A stretch of 64,000 bases of DNA from Octopus bimaculoides. Lineage: Eukaryota. A program made the position numbers and the translations under genes. Shown here in pieces: positions 11,814 through 26,204 of the stretch; the stretch's first letter is position 1, and every line of letters begins with the position of its first letter. The DNA is taken from positions 30,869,068 through 30,933,067 of the forward strand of contig NC_068986.1 of NCBI RefSeq assembly GCF_001194135.2, read 5' to 3'. The notes under the pieces were generated by a model. The model did not search any database. It had not been told where the DNA came from and saw only the letters and a list, made by a program, of their open reading frames with translations.

Positions 11814-14179
11814 TTAAATCTTCAACACTTAACAAAATAACTGCTACAAACTTACCTCAATCTCCTTAGTTTTAAAACTTTGTGAAAAGCATTATTTTTC
11901 TAACAACATCAATTCTAAAAATAGATCAGATTGTTTTCTAATTCACTTAACCTTTAGCATGCTGAAGGCAAATCATGTTGCCATATGAGTTTTCTCCCCT
12001 CTCAATGCAACACATTGTGCCTGCAGATGCAGGGAAGAAAACTCATGTGGCAACATCAAATTGCTTTCAGCATGGTAAAGTTTAACTGTACAGTGTCTTG
12101 TTACATTTTCCTCAAACTGATCTAAACAAAAGGTCATTATCATTTCTAGGGATTTTAGAAATAGAGTGCATGGACAAAGTGTAGATGTGTGATAGAGTAA
12201 GGTAGACAGAGAGTGCATGTGTGATTGAGTAATTAGTTGAAGTCATTAAACTGACCCACACATTAACTGGTATGTTCCCCTTTCAGTATTGATTTACTCT
12301 TCTACCACCAGCATAGCTCTATCTATATCAGTTTATAGAAACCATTATTATTGACTCTCTCTCAATCTTTCACACAAAGTGTTTGCTTAATTCATTCCAT
12401 ACTCAAACACTATCATTTTTTATATGTACTACATTAGTTTGTAGGTGTGTGCGTGTGTTTGTATGTATGTGTGCATCAGAGGATTTTCCAATAAATTGGT
12501 GCATAAAAAAAAAGTACTTTGTTGCATTTAATCCATCAGTTATGCCCTTTGATGCTAAGGTGAACTTAGCCATTTGGTAAATAGGAATTGATAAAATAAG
12601 TTCTGGTCTCTTTACACAAGTGTATCAACATCATTGCAGTTTAAAAACTGAAACAAGTAAAAGAATACTTGTATCGAAGCTTTTCTGATTCCACAAGAAT
12701 TTCTGTTTTTCTCCAATATCCTTTTTACTTCTTGCACAATTATTTACTGCTGTTTTTTAACTGCACTGTTAGAATTGTCAGACAATCTGTATTTGCCTGT
12801 AATATAGCCTCTCTTGATGGAATGATTCATAACTGTTGTACTACTATTATTTAAAGTCAACCATGGAAAGTCTGTGTGATCACTCTGAATTCTCTTAACT
12901 GAATACAAATAATAGAGATATTGGGCAGGAGTTGATCTTCTCAATTGAAATACTATCCTTTTCCAGAAAATTGATATATTTGTCCAGATCAAAGTGTTTC
13001 TATTGATTTGTGAATGGTTAATTTTGCTAAAATGCTGCTCTCATTGAAAATTATCTATCTCCTTCAATAACCAAATATGTAATGTATGAATTCATCCCAG
13101 CAGTTATTATTATTATTATTATTCTCTTCTCTGTCATTTCCCCCTATGCCTACCCCTCCCAAATCATCTTTTATTGATTTTTGGCATTAATAAAAATAAC
13201 AAAATTTCTATAACATCTCTACAACAATGTTTTGTCAGCTAGTTGCAATTGGTTTTAACCAAACTGCTTGTAATCAATATCTCTCTCTAACACAGTATAA
13301 CTCCAGCAGTCCAATCATTGTCATCAGTGAAATTATGACCACCATCTCTAAATATCTGTTTGGTATTTAAGTAGATTACAATGTGTAGCTTTTTGGGTAA
13401 CCGTGGCTTTTTTTATATGTGTAAAAAATTTTTTTTGCCATGTAAATGTTCATAATGTCCACATTATAAGTCTGGCAGTTTTGACGTCTGCACCAAACCA
13501 GTTATGGGTAAATATTTTGTGAGTTACTGATGGTCATATAGAGTGTTTATATACTTAGATCAGACGCTGCTTTGAATATAAATTCAAGCTAGTTCCTTGT
13601 GTAATAGATTATAGATTTTACAGACACACAGGTTAACTCAAACCATGTCCGTTTTTTAATGTGAAAGAGCAGTGTTGAAGCTGAAAGAAGAAATTTTTAA
13701 ACACTACCCTGCATTTTCTCACATTTTCTAACTCAAACTTATGTTAAGAAAGAGTAATACATGTATTCTTCAGATAACTTAGATTTTTATACACACATGT
13801 ACACGCATGCATATTTGTGTTATAGATGCATGTACTGTAATAGTTTTATCATCAAAGATTAAGAAGCCTATAAGAAATATTTTTTTGGTATAATTCTTCA
13901 ACCTGGGGAAGCAGTTTGCCAATGCTGCATCCTCTCTCCACACCTTTTCAACATCTACCCTGAGATGATAATGAGACTGATATTAAAATAGAAGAGACAG
14001 CAGTAACTTGAGACATGCAGTTGACACAGATCTGCTAGCTGCTACACAAAAATTACAAGTCCTATTTCAAGTTACAGAAGTCCTGTGCTGAGTTTAGTTG
14101 GCTGATAAAAGAGTGGGATGATAAAGAAAATTACAATTCAAGCTGACATCTATACTAGAAGCATTGAGATTGTATGTGT

Positions 14180-14723
14180 CCTGATGCAGATGAATGCAAC
14201 AAAGAAATAAGGCAAAGGCTGGCTAGTAATGGCATGTACAAGCATTACCAATCTCTGAGGAAGATAGACTTGTTAGCTTTAAATGCTAATGCACCTTCTT
14301 AAGGGTCTTGTCCATCCTGTGTCTTTATATAGCTGTGAAACATGAACCCTTATAGTAGCTGACAAGAAGTTTAGGGCATTTGAGAGACAGATGGGCTCTT
14401 AGAGTATTGTACATTAGAAGTAGATATGACAATTTAGTCCTAGAAAAGATTGGCATGAAATGAATATTTCTGGAAACCATTATCCAATGGAAATTCTGCT
14501 GCCTGCACCCCACAAGAACTAATGATGCACCAGAACATACTGTGCTTAAAGGCTGAGTAGAAAGAAGCCACACCTAGAGTAAACAAAGGACAACCTGAAT
14601 TAACAACATTAAGATGTGGATCAGCAACATTGCCAGAGATACAAGAGGTTTCACTGCCAATAGATTACAATGGAAGAAAGAGGTTGAGAATCCAAGAGAA
14701 TGGTATATGGTGATGATGACGAG
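14180..14723 (+). mobile_element. Decayed RTE-like LINE 3' fragment
   Basis: Remnant DECNKEIRQRLA, LVHPVSLYSCET*TL, KKFRAFE; ends in GATGATGAC tail. Confidence 0.7.
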
Positions 14724-15477
14724 TGAAACATGTACTTTGTACCATTACATAAGCTTCACCATTAAGAAATAATTGGTTCTGTATTTAGTTAACTATCAAA
14801 TTTAGATTATTCTATACACTACTATCATTTTCACTACTGAGTGGTGGGAGGTGGACATGTATTTATATAAAAGGAAGTGTCAATAATACAGATCAGTTGA
14901 TGCTAATTTAGGTGAAGTGAACGAAAAAAAAAATAATAGTGAAGATCCTGGACTATAAATTATCCATGGAATAATTTGCTATGTTCAGTTTAAGGTTATG
15001 TCATTATTTCAGTAATAAGATTTGTTAGACACCTCTCATAACCTGCTTTATGTTTGCTTTCAAACGTGTATGTTTTAACTTCTTCGTGGTTCAAAGATCA
15101 AAGATCAGTTTGTAATCTTTTGATCTGATTATTTGTAAATTTATATTTTCAATCTTATCTGAACTAAATATCACTTTATAAATGACCTATGAACTTAAGG
15201 TAAACATTTATCTTCGCCAAAGCTAATATTTAAATTTAGTGCTACATAATTTAAGTGGTTATGTTTTGAGTATACAAATCAGAAAGCTATATAAGTCTCT
15301 GAAATGTTTGTTTTAAACTGTTTGGTGAAGATATTGTTCATTGTTTGCAACAGGCTTTTTGTTTGTTGTATTCTGTTAGCTAATTACACAATCTTGCAGT
15401 ATATTCAGATACTTTTGATTAATAAATTCTTTATTTCTTTATATGTTGAAAATATTTCTTGATAACTTCGACTTCAA

Positions 15478-15628
15478 TTAAAATCTTCTACCAAACCTCA
15501 GTCACAATTTATGTTCCTAACACCAGCTTAATGATAACTAAGTTATTTTACTAAATTTTTTGTTGTATTTAAAATGAATTGAAAGAAACACAAAGCATCT
15601 CAAAATAAATAAGGTAATGAAAGGGTTA
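15478..15628. mobile_element. Partial inverted copy of TTAA MITE family 1
   Basis: Reverse-complement match to interior of 31656-31874; ends GAAAGGG|TTAA. Confidence 0.65.
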
Positions 15629-18571
15629 ATATTTTTTATGCTTCATACTGTTAGAATTAGCGTTTATCTAAAACTTTATTCTTGATATTTTTACTATAGT
15701 TCAAGCAAATACTATTCAATTCCAAATGATTATACTGTGTTTATATTTGCTTCATTAAAATATTCTAAATTTCCTTGACATTCATTTAACCTATCTTTCA
15801 AGTTCACCTTTACATCTGATCTAGATTTTATTTGTCATTTATTGAACAGTATTCTTTAGCCACCAGGATTCACTAACATATAATAAAACAGATTTTTCAG
15901 AGAAGTTTTCCAACAGAGCAACCTCTCATTGCCTTCAAACTCTTTTATATTGTCACTCATTAATGTCTAAAACAAAAGCTATTTTAAAGAAAAATATCTA
16001 CTTACCATAAGGGTGATTTCATTTCTTTAAAGCTCTTTTCTGTGTAAATATTTCTTATACAGATAGGATTATATTGGGTAATTATTGAATGTCCATATAT
16101 GTTTTTCTTTCCTTCGTCCCATTTCATTGTTAATAATACATAGCATATCATTGAACACATGATCTGTTTTCTGATATTTTACTCCACTCTACTCCCCGCC
16201 ACCAACTGAAGTACATCAGTTTCTACTTTCATCAAATCTCTTAACTTTCAAATATAAGATTGAATTACTCTCTCTTTAATTCATTCATTCATTCATTCAA
16301 ATCAAATAAAATGAATACTCATTAGAGTGTATTGTATAGCTTTGAATCTGAAAGCATTGCTACATTTACTCAGGTACTCAGAGTTTGATAAGTGTTATAC
16401 ATGGAACTCAAGTATCTAAGTAGCAACCGATATGGTTTTAGTTTATAATCCCTTTCCCTCATTACCATTATTCCCTCCCTTTCATAACCTTGTTTCCTTC
16501 TTATCACTTCCTCTTCCCCTATTACATTGCTCATGATTAACATGTAACTGCCTATCAATGTATCTTTTCCATTACTCCCTCTTACTTCTGTCACTCTATT
16601 TCCTTTATCATACTCATACTATCTCTTCAGCCATCCACTTGGTAATGTTTGCCTTGAACAGATGAAGGCAATTAGAAGTGAGAAGGCTCTAGTGTTAGAG
16701 CTATTATAAAATAAACTCAGTACATTCTGTAAAGTAGTTGGCATTAGGAAGGGTATCCAATGGACTGTATAAATAAAATGTGGCCCTCTGATCCATCTAG
16801 GTGGGCAGTAACTCCAAATAGACATTCACTTAGACTGTGATGACCCTAGAAAAAGGTCATAAAATAAATGGTGTGTGTGTATCCACACACACTGTATTGT
16901 TTATATGTATTCCATGTTTTAGAAATAGAAACAATAATTGAAAGGGCTTTTAAGTGGTAGTATTCAATTTTAGAAGAATTGAATTTTATTTTTTTCATTG
17001 CCTTGTTTCATTTTATGTTCATTTTTCTTTTAATGGTTTAATGGTTGTTGAAATCGGATAAATAAATAACCAATTTAAAGATACCCTTGTTTCAGGGATA
17101 AGATTACATTATGACTGAATACAATCCATAATATTATACAATGATTTCAACAGAACTTATTCAATCAATATTTACCTCACAATAGTGTAACAAAGAGATC
17201 CAATTTTTTTGACTTTTCCTAACCAGAATTCAATCTAAATGATTGATTGATGTTGTTGGCTTCACTAGAGGCTAATAGTTGTGGCATTTTTGTAGCATTC
17301 TTGTCTGTCTTAGTAGCATCTAAAAATTCAAGTTAAAATATAATTTTAACTAAGATTTAATGTTGCTACTTTCTGTACCTAATCTAATTTGAAGCAAAAT
17401 AATGATAGCTTCTCTATGGTTTTGTGGATAGATCATGTTACTTTTATTATTATTATTATTATTATATAATGTTAGCGTGTTTAAATGATGAAGTACAAAT
17501 GAGCTCTGTAAATAAGCTGGTATAAGAGGACTCAAATGTCATGTGCAGGAAAGAAGTTACTGCTATGCTATGTGATGTATGTAGATGGTATAAGTTGTAT
17601 AAAGAAGGGTCAAATGTTTGAATTGGATGAAAGCTGTGTACACCCTTTCCCTTTCACATTAGTACACTAGAAAAGTAACTTTAAACCTCTACATACTTTT
17701 ACACTTTTAACCACTTCTTTCCTTTCAGTCACGTATACAATCACACCTACTGCTGCAAGATATTTCTAACTTCTTGGATTTTAAATTGGCTTACAATAAA
17801 CAATGTTGTTACTGTAACAGTTTATCTTCATTTATTATGTGTTTTACACTGAATTTGTTGAATTCATTCACTTCCCTTCAACCTAGAATGAGATAGTGGT
17901 TGTTTTTTTTTTTGTTTAAAGCACATGCTTGACAGTAACTATTGCACAGAGGTATTTGATTGATAAAACGGCTGGTGTAACTTCTGATACTATATTTCAT
18001 GATGGATTTATTAGGCTAGTGTCATTAATAAAAGAAATATATTGGTTATATTAAGTATACAATTTATAGACAGAAGACCATTTTATGATTCATTAATGTT
18101 AGCTTGACTAAAATTTATAGTGAATTGCCTGGAGAGAAATAAAACACCATACATTATTAGTTAAACAGTTGGAATAGTTGATAAGGCATGTTACTATTTT
18201 ATTACAGTACGGCATGTTATTGCTCTTGTCGTCTGGTGTGTTTTCTTGATATATAGCATGTCTTATTCTTAGTATGACCAATGTGGAAAATATATTTTCT
18301 TAGGAGGTCTTAAGCTGATAATAGTGTGTTTACTCTAAAGTTTTAGTATTTTAGGTATTGTTGTTTTATTGCCGAATGTCATAAATCCCGAGATTCTTAT
18401 TTCTCTTGTTGATGACATTTAAATACTTCAATAAATAAATAAATAAATGAATTGAGAGTATATGGATGCTATTGGTCTTCATTTCATACCATTTGGGATG
18501 AAACCTACAGATGCTTCCACTCTAAAGCAAAATGGAGCTGTTTTGCTAAATTTCAAGACGTGTGTGTGTGA

Positions 18572-18668
18572 GTGCAGGCATGGCTTTGTGGTAAGAAGTT
18601 TGCTTCCCAACCATAGTTCCAGGTTCAGTCCCACTGTATAACACCTTGGGAAAATGTTTTCTACTATA
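18572..18668 (+). mobile_element. 5' fragment of SINE family A
   Basis: GTGCAGGCATGGCTTTGTGGTAAG...CAGGTTCAGTCCCACTG; matches heads at 54531 and 61839. Confidence 0.7.
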
Positions 18669-19892
18669 ATTTGTGTTAATAGTTTTCTTAGCTAATTAAG
18701 CATTCTACAAAACAAAACATTAAAATAACTGTCTAAAGGACACAAGTTGAACTTAATTTTTGGTTTGCTTATGACATCTAAAATAGTTATAAGATTATGC
18801 TAATGCTGCCGTCCAACACTAGTTTCTTTAGATTCTACTGTTTTATTATTAGTATAAATAGGTCTTCTGATGAATCAGTCTTTGTAGTAAAGATTGTTTG
18901 CCAACATAACATGGCAGTCCTGGTTTAGGATGAATGTTGCTGTAATTGAGCCCCAGGAGACATCATCTCCAGCTGGCTATATGACACGATCTGTGTCCTT
19001 GTGTTTTTGAACAAGGAAATCTAGCACTCCCACTCAGCTCCAAACAATATCTGTGTATCGCGATTTCCAGATTATTTGCCTTCATCAGCACAGAATAATT
19101 GTTCAGCTAGAAGTGGTGGTGCCAAATTCCCATTCGAAATATATCTCATTGTGAGATTTAAAAATAGTAATTTTTGAATCAGTCTTTGTTTTGATTTTTC
19201 TGTTTTCAATAACCATTTACTTACTTAACATTGCAATTGTTTATAACTAATCAATTACTCTTTTAGTTTTGTTCCAAAAGTATTTCCTTAATTTAAAATT
19301 TCTTTACCTGTAAATGCTTGCACATACTGCAAAAATTAAGAAAAATGAACCTGTTATGTTTCCATTCTTGTTTCATATGAGATTATATGTAAAAAAAAAA
19401 AGGCGAGAAAGAAATGATAACAAATGTTTGTTTTAAATTTAAATTATTTGATAAGTAAATTTTCAAATAATTTACTTATCAAATTATTATGATGTAGTGA
19501 TGTATACCTCACATCATAATATTAAGATAGTGTTTATGTTTTGAGTGAAAAAATTGTTTTGTATTAATATTTGTAATTAAAATATTTCGAAAATTTTCTT
19601 TACATCTGGGGCCGTTCTAGCCTAATTTTACCTTGTATACATATATTTAACTTCAAAAATATAAAATAGCTTTTTTTTTTTTTTTTTTTGAAAAAATATA
19701 ATTCTTTTGGCTTTCTTGTTTTATTTTAAGCTGCTATATTCGCAATTAATTATTTTTGGTGAATTTATAGGTTTACTATATTTGAACTTATTAAAGTTTT
19801 ACACTTTCATCTTTACTACCAAATATTATGGTATGTGGTACTTTTTTTCCGTTTTGGTTTTTGTACAGCTGCTTATATTTGTACTTGATTAG

Positions 19893-19997
19893 GTCAACTA
19901 CCACAGTGACTTTGAAAAACAAAAGGGTACTTACACTGCTGTAGCTGAACCTATTGAATTGAAACAACATTTGGAAAACACAAAGAACATGAGTTTG
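19893..19997 (+). CDS. Lasp: Nebulin-repeat exon 2 (105 nt): VNYHSDFEKQKGTYTAVAEPIELKQHLENTKNMSL
   Basis: cttgattag|GTCAAC...AGTTTG|gtataa; 35 codons, no stop. Confidence 0.9.
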
Positions 19998-20403
19998 GTA
20001 TAAATTGTGAAAATTGATACCCTTTTTTTTTTTTTTTTTTTTAAATATATTGTAAGAAAGATAATTTTAACATTTATTTTGTTAATTTTGAAAAAAACTT
20101 TGTAAAGTATAGCTGCAATTGGATATATGAATAATTGTGAAGTCATGAAAGCTTTTGAATTATGTGCAGAGATTTTATTAAGATTTAGTTTTTATAATTG
20201 ACATTTTAATATCGATTGCAATTTCTATTTAACTATTTAAAAGTTTTTTTTTTCTTCAAATAATCAGTAATCTGTATTTTTAGTCAATAAGCTTCCATAT
20301 ATTACACATACTCACACATATACATACATACATAAATATATATTCACTATAATAGTGGTAGAGAAAAAACAAAATTATTAAGTCCTCCTTGATCCATTAA
20401 CAG

Positions 20404-20508
20404 GTAAACTACCACAGTGATTTTGAGAAACAGAAGGGTTCCTATACTGCTGTTGCAGAACCTATGGATGTAAAGCGACACTTGGAAAACACAAAAAACA
20501 TCAGTCTG
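20404..20508 (+). CDS. Lasp: Nebulin-repeat exon 3 (105 nt): VNYHSDFEKQKGSYTAVAEPMDVKRHLENTKNISL
   Basis: ccattaacag|GTAAAC...AGTCTG|gtatat; 35 codons. Confidence 0.9.
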
Positions 20509-21430
20509 GTATATTAAGTTATGATGCATGATTAAGATAATTATCCCATGTGTGCCTACTCTATTTTTGTTTTCCTATTATGACATGGGAGTTATTATCA
20601 ATATATTTTCAAGATAAGATTTTCTCTAAATTTAGGCATTATTGAAGTAATGGTCTGCATTAAATTTTTTTTTTATTTATATTAAGACCTTAATGTAACT
20701 CAGGGAAAATAAGTTACATTTGTAGATTCATAATTATAGTTGCAAAGGATAGTGTTATAGTATTGTAATAAACTTTTTTTTTTTGTATAGACTTACAAAA
20801 ATATTGGAGCAAGACATATTCCTGTAAAGCATCTTTGATGTGAATGGGGTGGGGGCTGGAACGTTGACTAAATTTTAAGTTTTAACTCAAAAGATTGTGA
20901 GCTCACTGTCTACTGTTTAAAAATCTTTATTTCTATCAGTTTGTCTTAGGTGGGGGCAAATGAAATCTCCAGGTATTCTGGAAACCATGACTTTAGTGTT
21001 AGAGTAATCAGTACCAAGATGTTTATGGTGCTTGACTACTCGTGTTTAAGATCTGGAACAGGTTCCACGCTCAAATTTTTCTGACATGAGGAATATAAAT
21101 TATATTTCTTATACATGTAGATAACAATTTTAATTGTGGGGGAATGAAATCTGTTTGATTATAATATACTAAAAGGGCTCCTCCAATCCATTAGAACATT
21201 CTTCAAGAATTGATCCACCACATCAAGGGCATGTCATTTAATGGTTCCAACTGAGAATCAAAACTTGACATAGCTCACTAAAAGCTTATGCTCTAATGCA
21301 TTTTGTATCTAATGTGGTACATAAACCAAAAGTTCAGTGGAGAAATAATTTGTTTGACAACTCACTATATCACTATATTGATCATATTTGTAAGTATAAG
21401 AAATAAAAAATTCTTTTGATCCATTGATAG

Positions 21431-21535
21431 GTAAACTACCACAGTGATTTTGAGAAACAGAAAGGTTGCTATACAATGGTTGCAGAACCTATGGATATAA
21501 AACAACATTTGGAAAACACCAAAAATATCAGTCTG
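21431..21535 (+). CDS. Lasp: Nebulin-repeat exon 4 (105 nt): VNYHSDFEKQKGCYTMVAEPMDIKQHLENTKNISL
   Basis: ccattgatag|GTAAAC...AGTCTG|gtatat; 35 codons. Confidence 0.9.
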
Positions 21536-23209
21536 GTATATTTAGTTGTGATGCATGGAAGGGTTGTTTGTTGCCATTTGGTGTTGACTAGTTTTCTGAA
21601 ATCCATTGATTCTGCTGCACAACAAATAATGAAAATATTAATCCCTTTTTTTTTTTTTTTTTTGGGGTGATATTTTTTTTATTGTGAAATTAATAAGAGC
21701 ATTATATATTTGACATGATTGTAGCATATTTAGTTTCAACTTTTAATATTTGGATAATATTCTTGAGTTTGGCTCCATTAGTAACAAAGATTTATATTCC
21801 TCATGTGATGTTAGGTGATGTAGAGTCAATTTTAAGAATATAAGGTTCTATCAAGACACAATGGAAATTTTAGAAAAACCATTTTCAATATTTTTTTTTT
21901 TTTGTAACACTTCATTTCAAAAATATTTTACTCTTAAAAATAGTGTTTGTTTTCTGACCCCAGTTTTTTTAAAAATCATAAGTGTGCCTGTTTCTGTTTT
22001 CTACTCTAAATTAACTAATATTTTTGAAAAATAGCTAGTCATCAGTGTTCATTTATTTTTAATAGTGTAAAATCTGAAAATTTTTCTCACTTGTTGGAAA
22101 AAAAAAAANNNNNNNNNNTTAAGGGCCGATTTTGAGTTGCTAAGTCATATTAAAAAACAAGTGAAAGAGAATTTAATTATAGATATTTAATACTTCATCT
22201 ATGATAAACAATAGTGTGATGTTTTGTAATTAGGGAGGGATCCATAAACAGGTGCCTTCAACACTATATACTACAATGAATTATGATGTTCTGATTTTTT
22301 TGAAAGATCTTAACATGGAGTTTGCATGCCAGGAATTGAAACTGGGAATCAAAATCACTTCTGTGGTGCTTACCTTTTATTTTATAGAAATATTTTCATT
22401 TTCAGTCACCACTTTTCATAATCTTTGAGCAATTTCTTTTGCATACCAACATTTTATAAGAATATTGCTATAAATTAACTCATAGCTCAACATGTTTTAA
22501 ACATTGTTATTTTACATTATCTATTGATGATGTTAGATGCTTTTCTCAGTATCATCTTATTTTTGTTTATATTATGCATATTACTGAAGAAGTGAATATA
22601 ATTTTAGGATGATATTGTACTAGTGCTTTAGGCCAGTTTGATTGAGCAAACCATGTCAATTGTTTCTTTTTTCATATATAGTATATCTGAAACCACATTA
22701 TTTAATGTGTTCTTTCTTTGACAGTAGGGCATGATTTGAGTGAGATTTAGCTGCTATTTTTAACATGTCAGGCAATCCTGTAGGCTCAAGTTGTAGTCAA
22801 GTATATCGACTGTGTTGACTCAATTATTGCTCCAATATATTGATTATGTGGGTGTAGGACAATGTAGTTATAGGTTGTATTTTGACCAGGAATTACACTT
22901 GTATTTATCCACAGGAACTGAATAATGTCCTAAAGTTGGACATAGGAAATGATTAGTGTTCCAAGATTAATGTAATAAATAAAATATTTATTCTCTTAAC
23001 TGCACAGAACCATAATTAGGAACTCCAGACAACTATGAAATCTATGATTATCTGTTTTTCTGTAAAGTTTTGTCTTACATTAGTTTTACTAATCTCACTA
23101 AATGTAGAAATAGGTTTTCTTTCCCCCTTTTTTTAATAACTTATTTCTAAAAAAATTTCTTCTTACAAATAAATGCACAACCTACTTACATGTGTGTATG
23201 TATGAATAT

Positions 23210-23247
<38 letters not shown>

Positions 23248-23357
23248 GTACATGCTTATACACACATGTATATACATATAAACAAATATATATACATGTA
23301 TACACACAAATGTATATTTTCATATACACGTATGTATATGCATTTATATATAGTAGT

Positions 23358-23867
23358 NNNNNNNNNNNNNNNNNNNNNNNNNNNNNNNNNNNNNNNNNNN
23401 NNNNNNNNNNNNNNNNNNNNNNNNNNNNNNNNNNNNNNNNNNNNNNNNNNNNNNNNNNNNNNNNNNNNNNNNNNNNNNNNNNNNNNNNNNNNNNNNNNNN
23501 NNNNNNNNNNNNNNNNNNNNNNNNNNNNNNNNNNNNNNNNNNNNNNNNNNNNNNNNNNNNNNNNNNNNNNNNNNNNNNNNNNNNNNNNNNNNNNNNNNNN
23601 NNNNNNNNNNNNNNNNNNNNNNNNNNNNNNNNNNNNNNNNNNNNNNNNNNNNNNNNNNNNNNNNNNNNNNNNNNNNNNNNNNNNNNNNNNNNNNNNNNNN
23701 NNNNNNNNNNNNNNNNNNNNNNNNNNNNNNNNNNNNNNNNNNNNNNNNNNNNNNNNNNNNNNNNNNNNNNNNNNNNNNNNNNNNNNNNNNNNNNNNNNNN
23801 NNNNNNNNNNNNNNNNNNNNNNNNNNNNNNNNNNNNNNNNNNNNNNNNNNNNNNNNNNNNNNNNNNN
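23358..23867. other. Assembly gap (N run) inside the repeat-exon array
   Basis: 510 N. Confidence 0.98.
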
Positions 23868-24169
23868 TGTAGAACATCTGTCGTGTTTAGAAAAGATGTG
23901 AGTTCAAGTCCCACAGGCAGCCTATGACTTTTTCCATCCCAAGGTTTTTTTTAAACCCAATATTTTACACTTTACTATTTATAACTTTATTTACTTCGAA
24001 TTCAAATATCAAAAACATATATATATATATAGTAATTAGAAATGATTTTGTTTGATGCTCTCTACATGTAAATTTTAGAAATGCTTCTTAATCAGATTAG
24101 CAATGTTTCTCTCTTCCTTTCTTAATGATGATGATGATAATTTATTTGCTGTGAAATTACCTATGACAG

Positions 24170-24274
24170 ATTCAGTACCACAGTGATTTCGAAAAGCAGA
24201 AAGGTAACGTCACACCCGTTGCTGACACTTTGGAAATGAAGCGTCATACAGAAAATGCAAAGAACATTAGTTTG
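24170..24274 (+). CDS. Lasp: Nebulin-repeat exon 5 (105 nt): IQYHSDFEKQKGNVTPVADTLEMKRHTENAKNISL
   Basis: ctatgacag|ATTCAG...AGTTTG|gtacaa; 35 codons. Confidence 0.9.
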
Positions 24275-25659
24275 GTACAAATTATATATTTGTATAGCAT
24301 GAAATTATCAATTGCCTGTTGGCATTACAATTTTGTGCTACTAACCATCTTCTCCACCCAGTTTTTATCCCTTACCCTTGATCACTTTACTGTTGTTTAC
24401 AATGATTGACTTCGCCTTCAATCAATACAGCATGTCTTGTTGAAAAGGCACACACTGAGTATTTGTGTTATTTGTAACTCACTTTGATACTCAACCAGCT
24501 TTTGCTCCACCACTTCTTCTTATATCACTTCCTTTTATTTAGCTAATCTAGTTTTAGTTTGTGAAACTAGATATACTATTGATACATATACATACTTAGA
24601 GGTAAGTATAATTGTAATAAAACTCCTTCAAATCCTTCAATATCTAGTAACATTTAAGTGTTAAAAGAATTTATTATTTTGGTGTGTGTTGTTTTTCTTA
24701 AAGTATTAAACATGTTCAATATTTTATCACTTTAGCATGTATTAAAGTTCCTATTTCCAGTTTAATATAACCATCCGTGTTTGTTGTTTCTAATAATATT
24801 TGGTATCTACATGCAATTTGGTCAGTTTTTTAACAGAAGAATGAAATGCTGATTTTTCCATTTTAGCCACTTCTATTCATCTACTCTTTTATTCATTCTA
24901 CAACTGAAGCTAGTCAGTGAAATCAGACTAGGCTTTTATTTTTTCTGGTTACTGAAACCAGTACAGTTTTATGATACAGTTCTATTGAACCAATTGTATG
25001 GGTTTCTAGTGTGTGTGTATCTCCATTATTCTCTCTTTCATGTCTGTGGACAATATTTGATACCTAGCTTTTGGCTAGATCTCTTTATACAATGTTTTAG
25101 ATGAAATGTTTTCTATAGTGCTACATGACAAAACCCAGATTGTAAGAAGTAGATGCAGGTTTGTCTATTGATATTTATCCTTCAGTCAGTATATTTACTG
25201 TAAATTGTTACACTAGTGAATGCATAGAAAATAAAGGGATATTTGAATTGTTCATTGGATTCTTCTTGTCTGAGCATGTAACTATGTCGTTTGAGCATAG
25301 CCTATTGTATATGAGACTATATCTATCTCTGTAGAGATTAGCTACAGAGATTTCAGATAACCTCTAATTTGATATTGTTAATGAGCTATAATGTCTGAAA
25401 CCTTTACAGCCATTATATATATATATATGTGATTTTTATTCTAATAAATATTCTACCTTTTATCTCATACCAAATACCTGCTGTTTGCATATATGTGTGA
25501 GTGCACACCTATTTTTGCACATATGAATTATAAGAAATGATATGAAATTCACTTGATATAAATTTTTTTTTTATACAGAAAGTTTTTAAAATAATGTACA
25601 TTGAATGTATATTTATAAATATATATGCACACTCAAACACATATGCTGTTTTTTCCCCC

Positions 25660-25972
25660 NNNNNNNNNNNNNNNNNNNNNNNNNNNNNNNNNNNNNNNNN
25701 NNNNNNNNNNNNNNNNNNNNNNNNNNNNNNNNNNNNNNNNNNNNNNNNNNNNNNNNNNNNNNNNNNNNNNNNNNNNNNNNNNNNNNNNNNNNNNNNNNNN
25801 NNNNNNNNNNNNNNNNNNNNNNNNNNNNNNNNNNNNNNNNNNNNNNNNNNNNNNNNNNNNNNNNNNNNNNNNNNNNNNNNNNNNNNNNNNNNNNNNNNNN
25901 NNNNNNNNNNNNNNNNNNNNNNNNNNNNNNNNNNNNNNNNNNNNNNNNNNNNNNNNNNNNNNNNNNNNNNNN
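25660..25972. other. Assembly gap (N run) inside the repeat-exon array
   Basis: 313 N. Confidence 0.98.
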
Positions 25973-26095
25973 CTTCTCCAAATGTCAATACAATGTAATG
26001 TTAAGTTGAATTGTTTGAAATGTGGTTCTCTGTATTTGTTGATGTGCTTCTGACTTATTTAATGAAAATAAATTGTTTTAGTCTTCCTTGTCCTA

Positions 26096-26096
<1 letters not shown>

Positions 26097-26134
<38 letters not shown>
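26097..26134. repeat. (TA)n microsatellite 70 nt upstream of nebulin exon 6
   Basis: Direct reading. Confidence 0.95.
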
Positions 26135-26137
<3 letters not shown>

Positions 26138-26204
26138 CTGTATTCTGTTTACCAAAGAAACTGATTAGTTTCATGTCTGTGGAAATTACTATTAACATTC
26201 ACAG

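Noticed and set aside
23186-26053. Long ORFs of 120-245 aa in the ORF track (also 62876-63289)
   Set aside because: They are artefacts of translating N gaps and flanking microsatellites.
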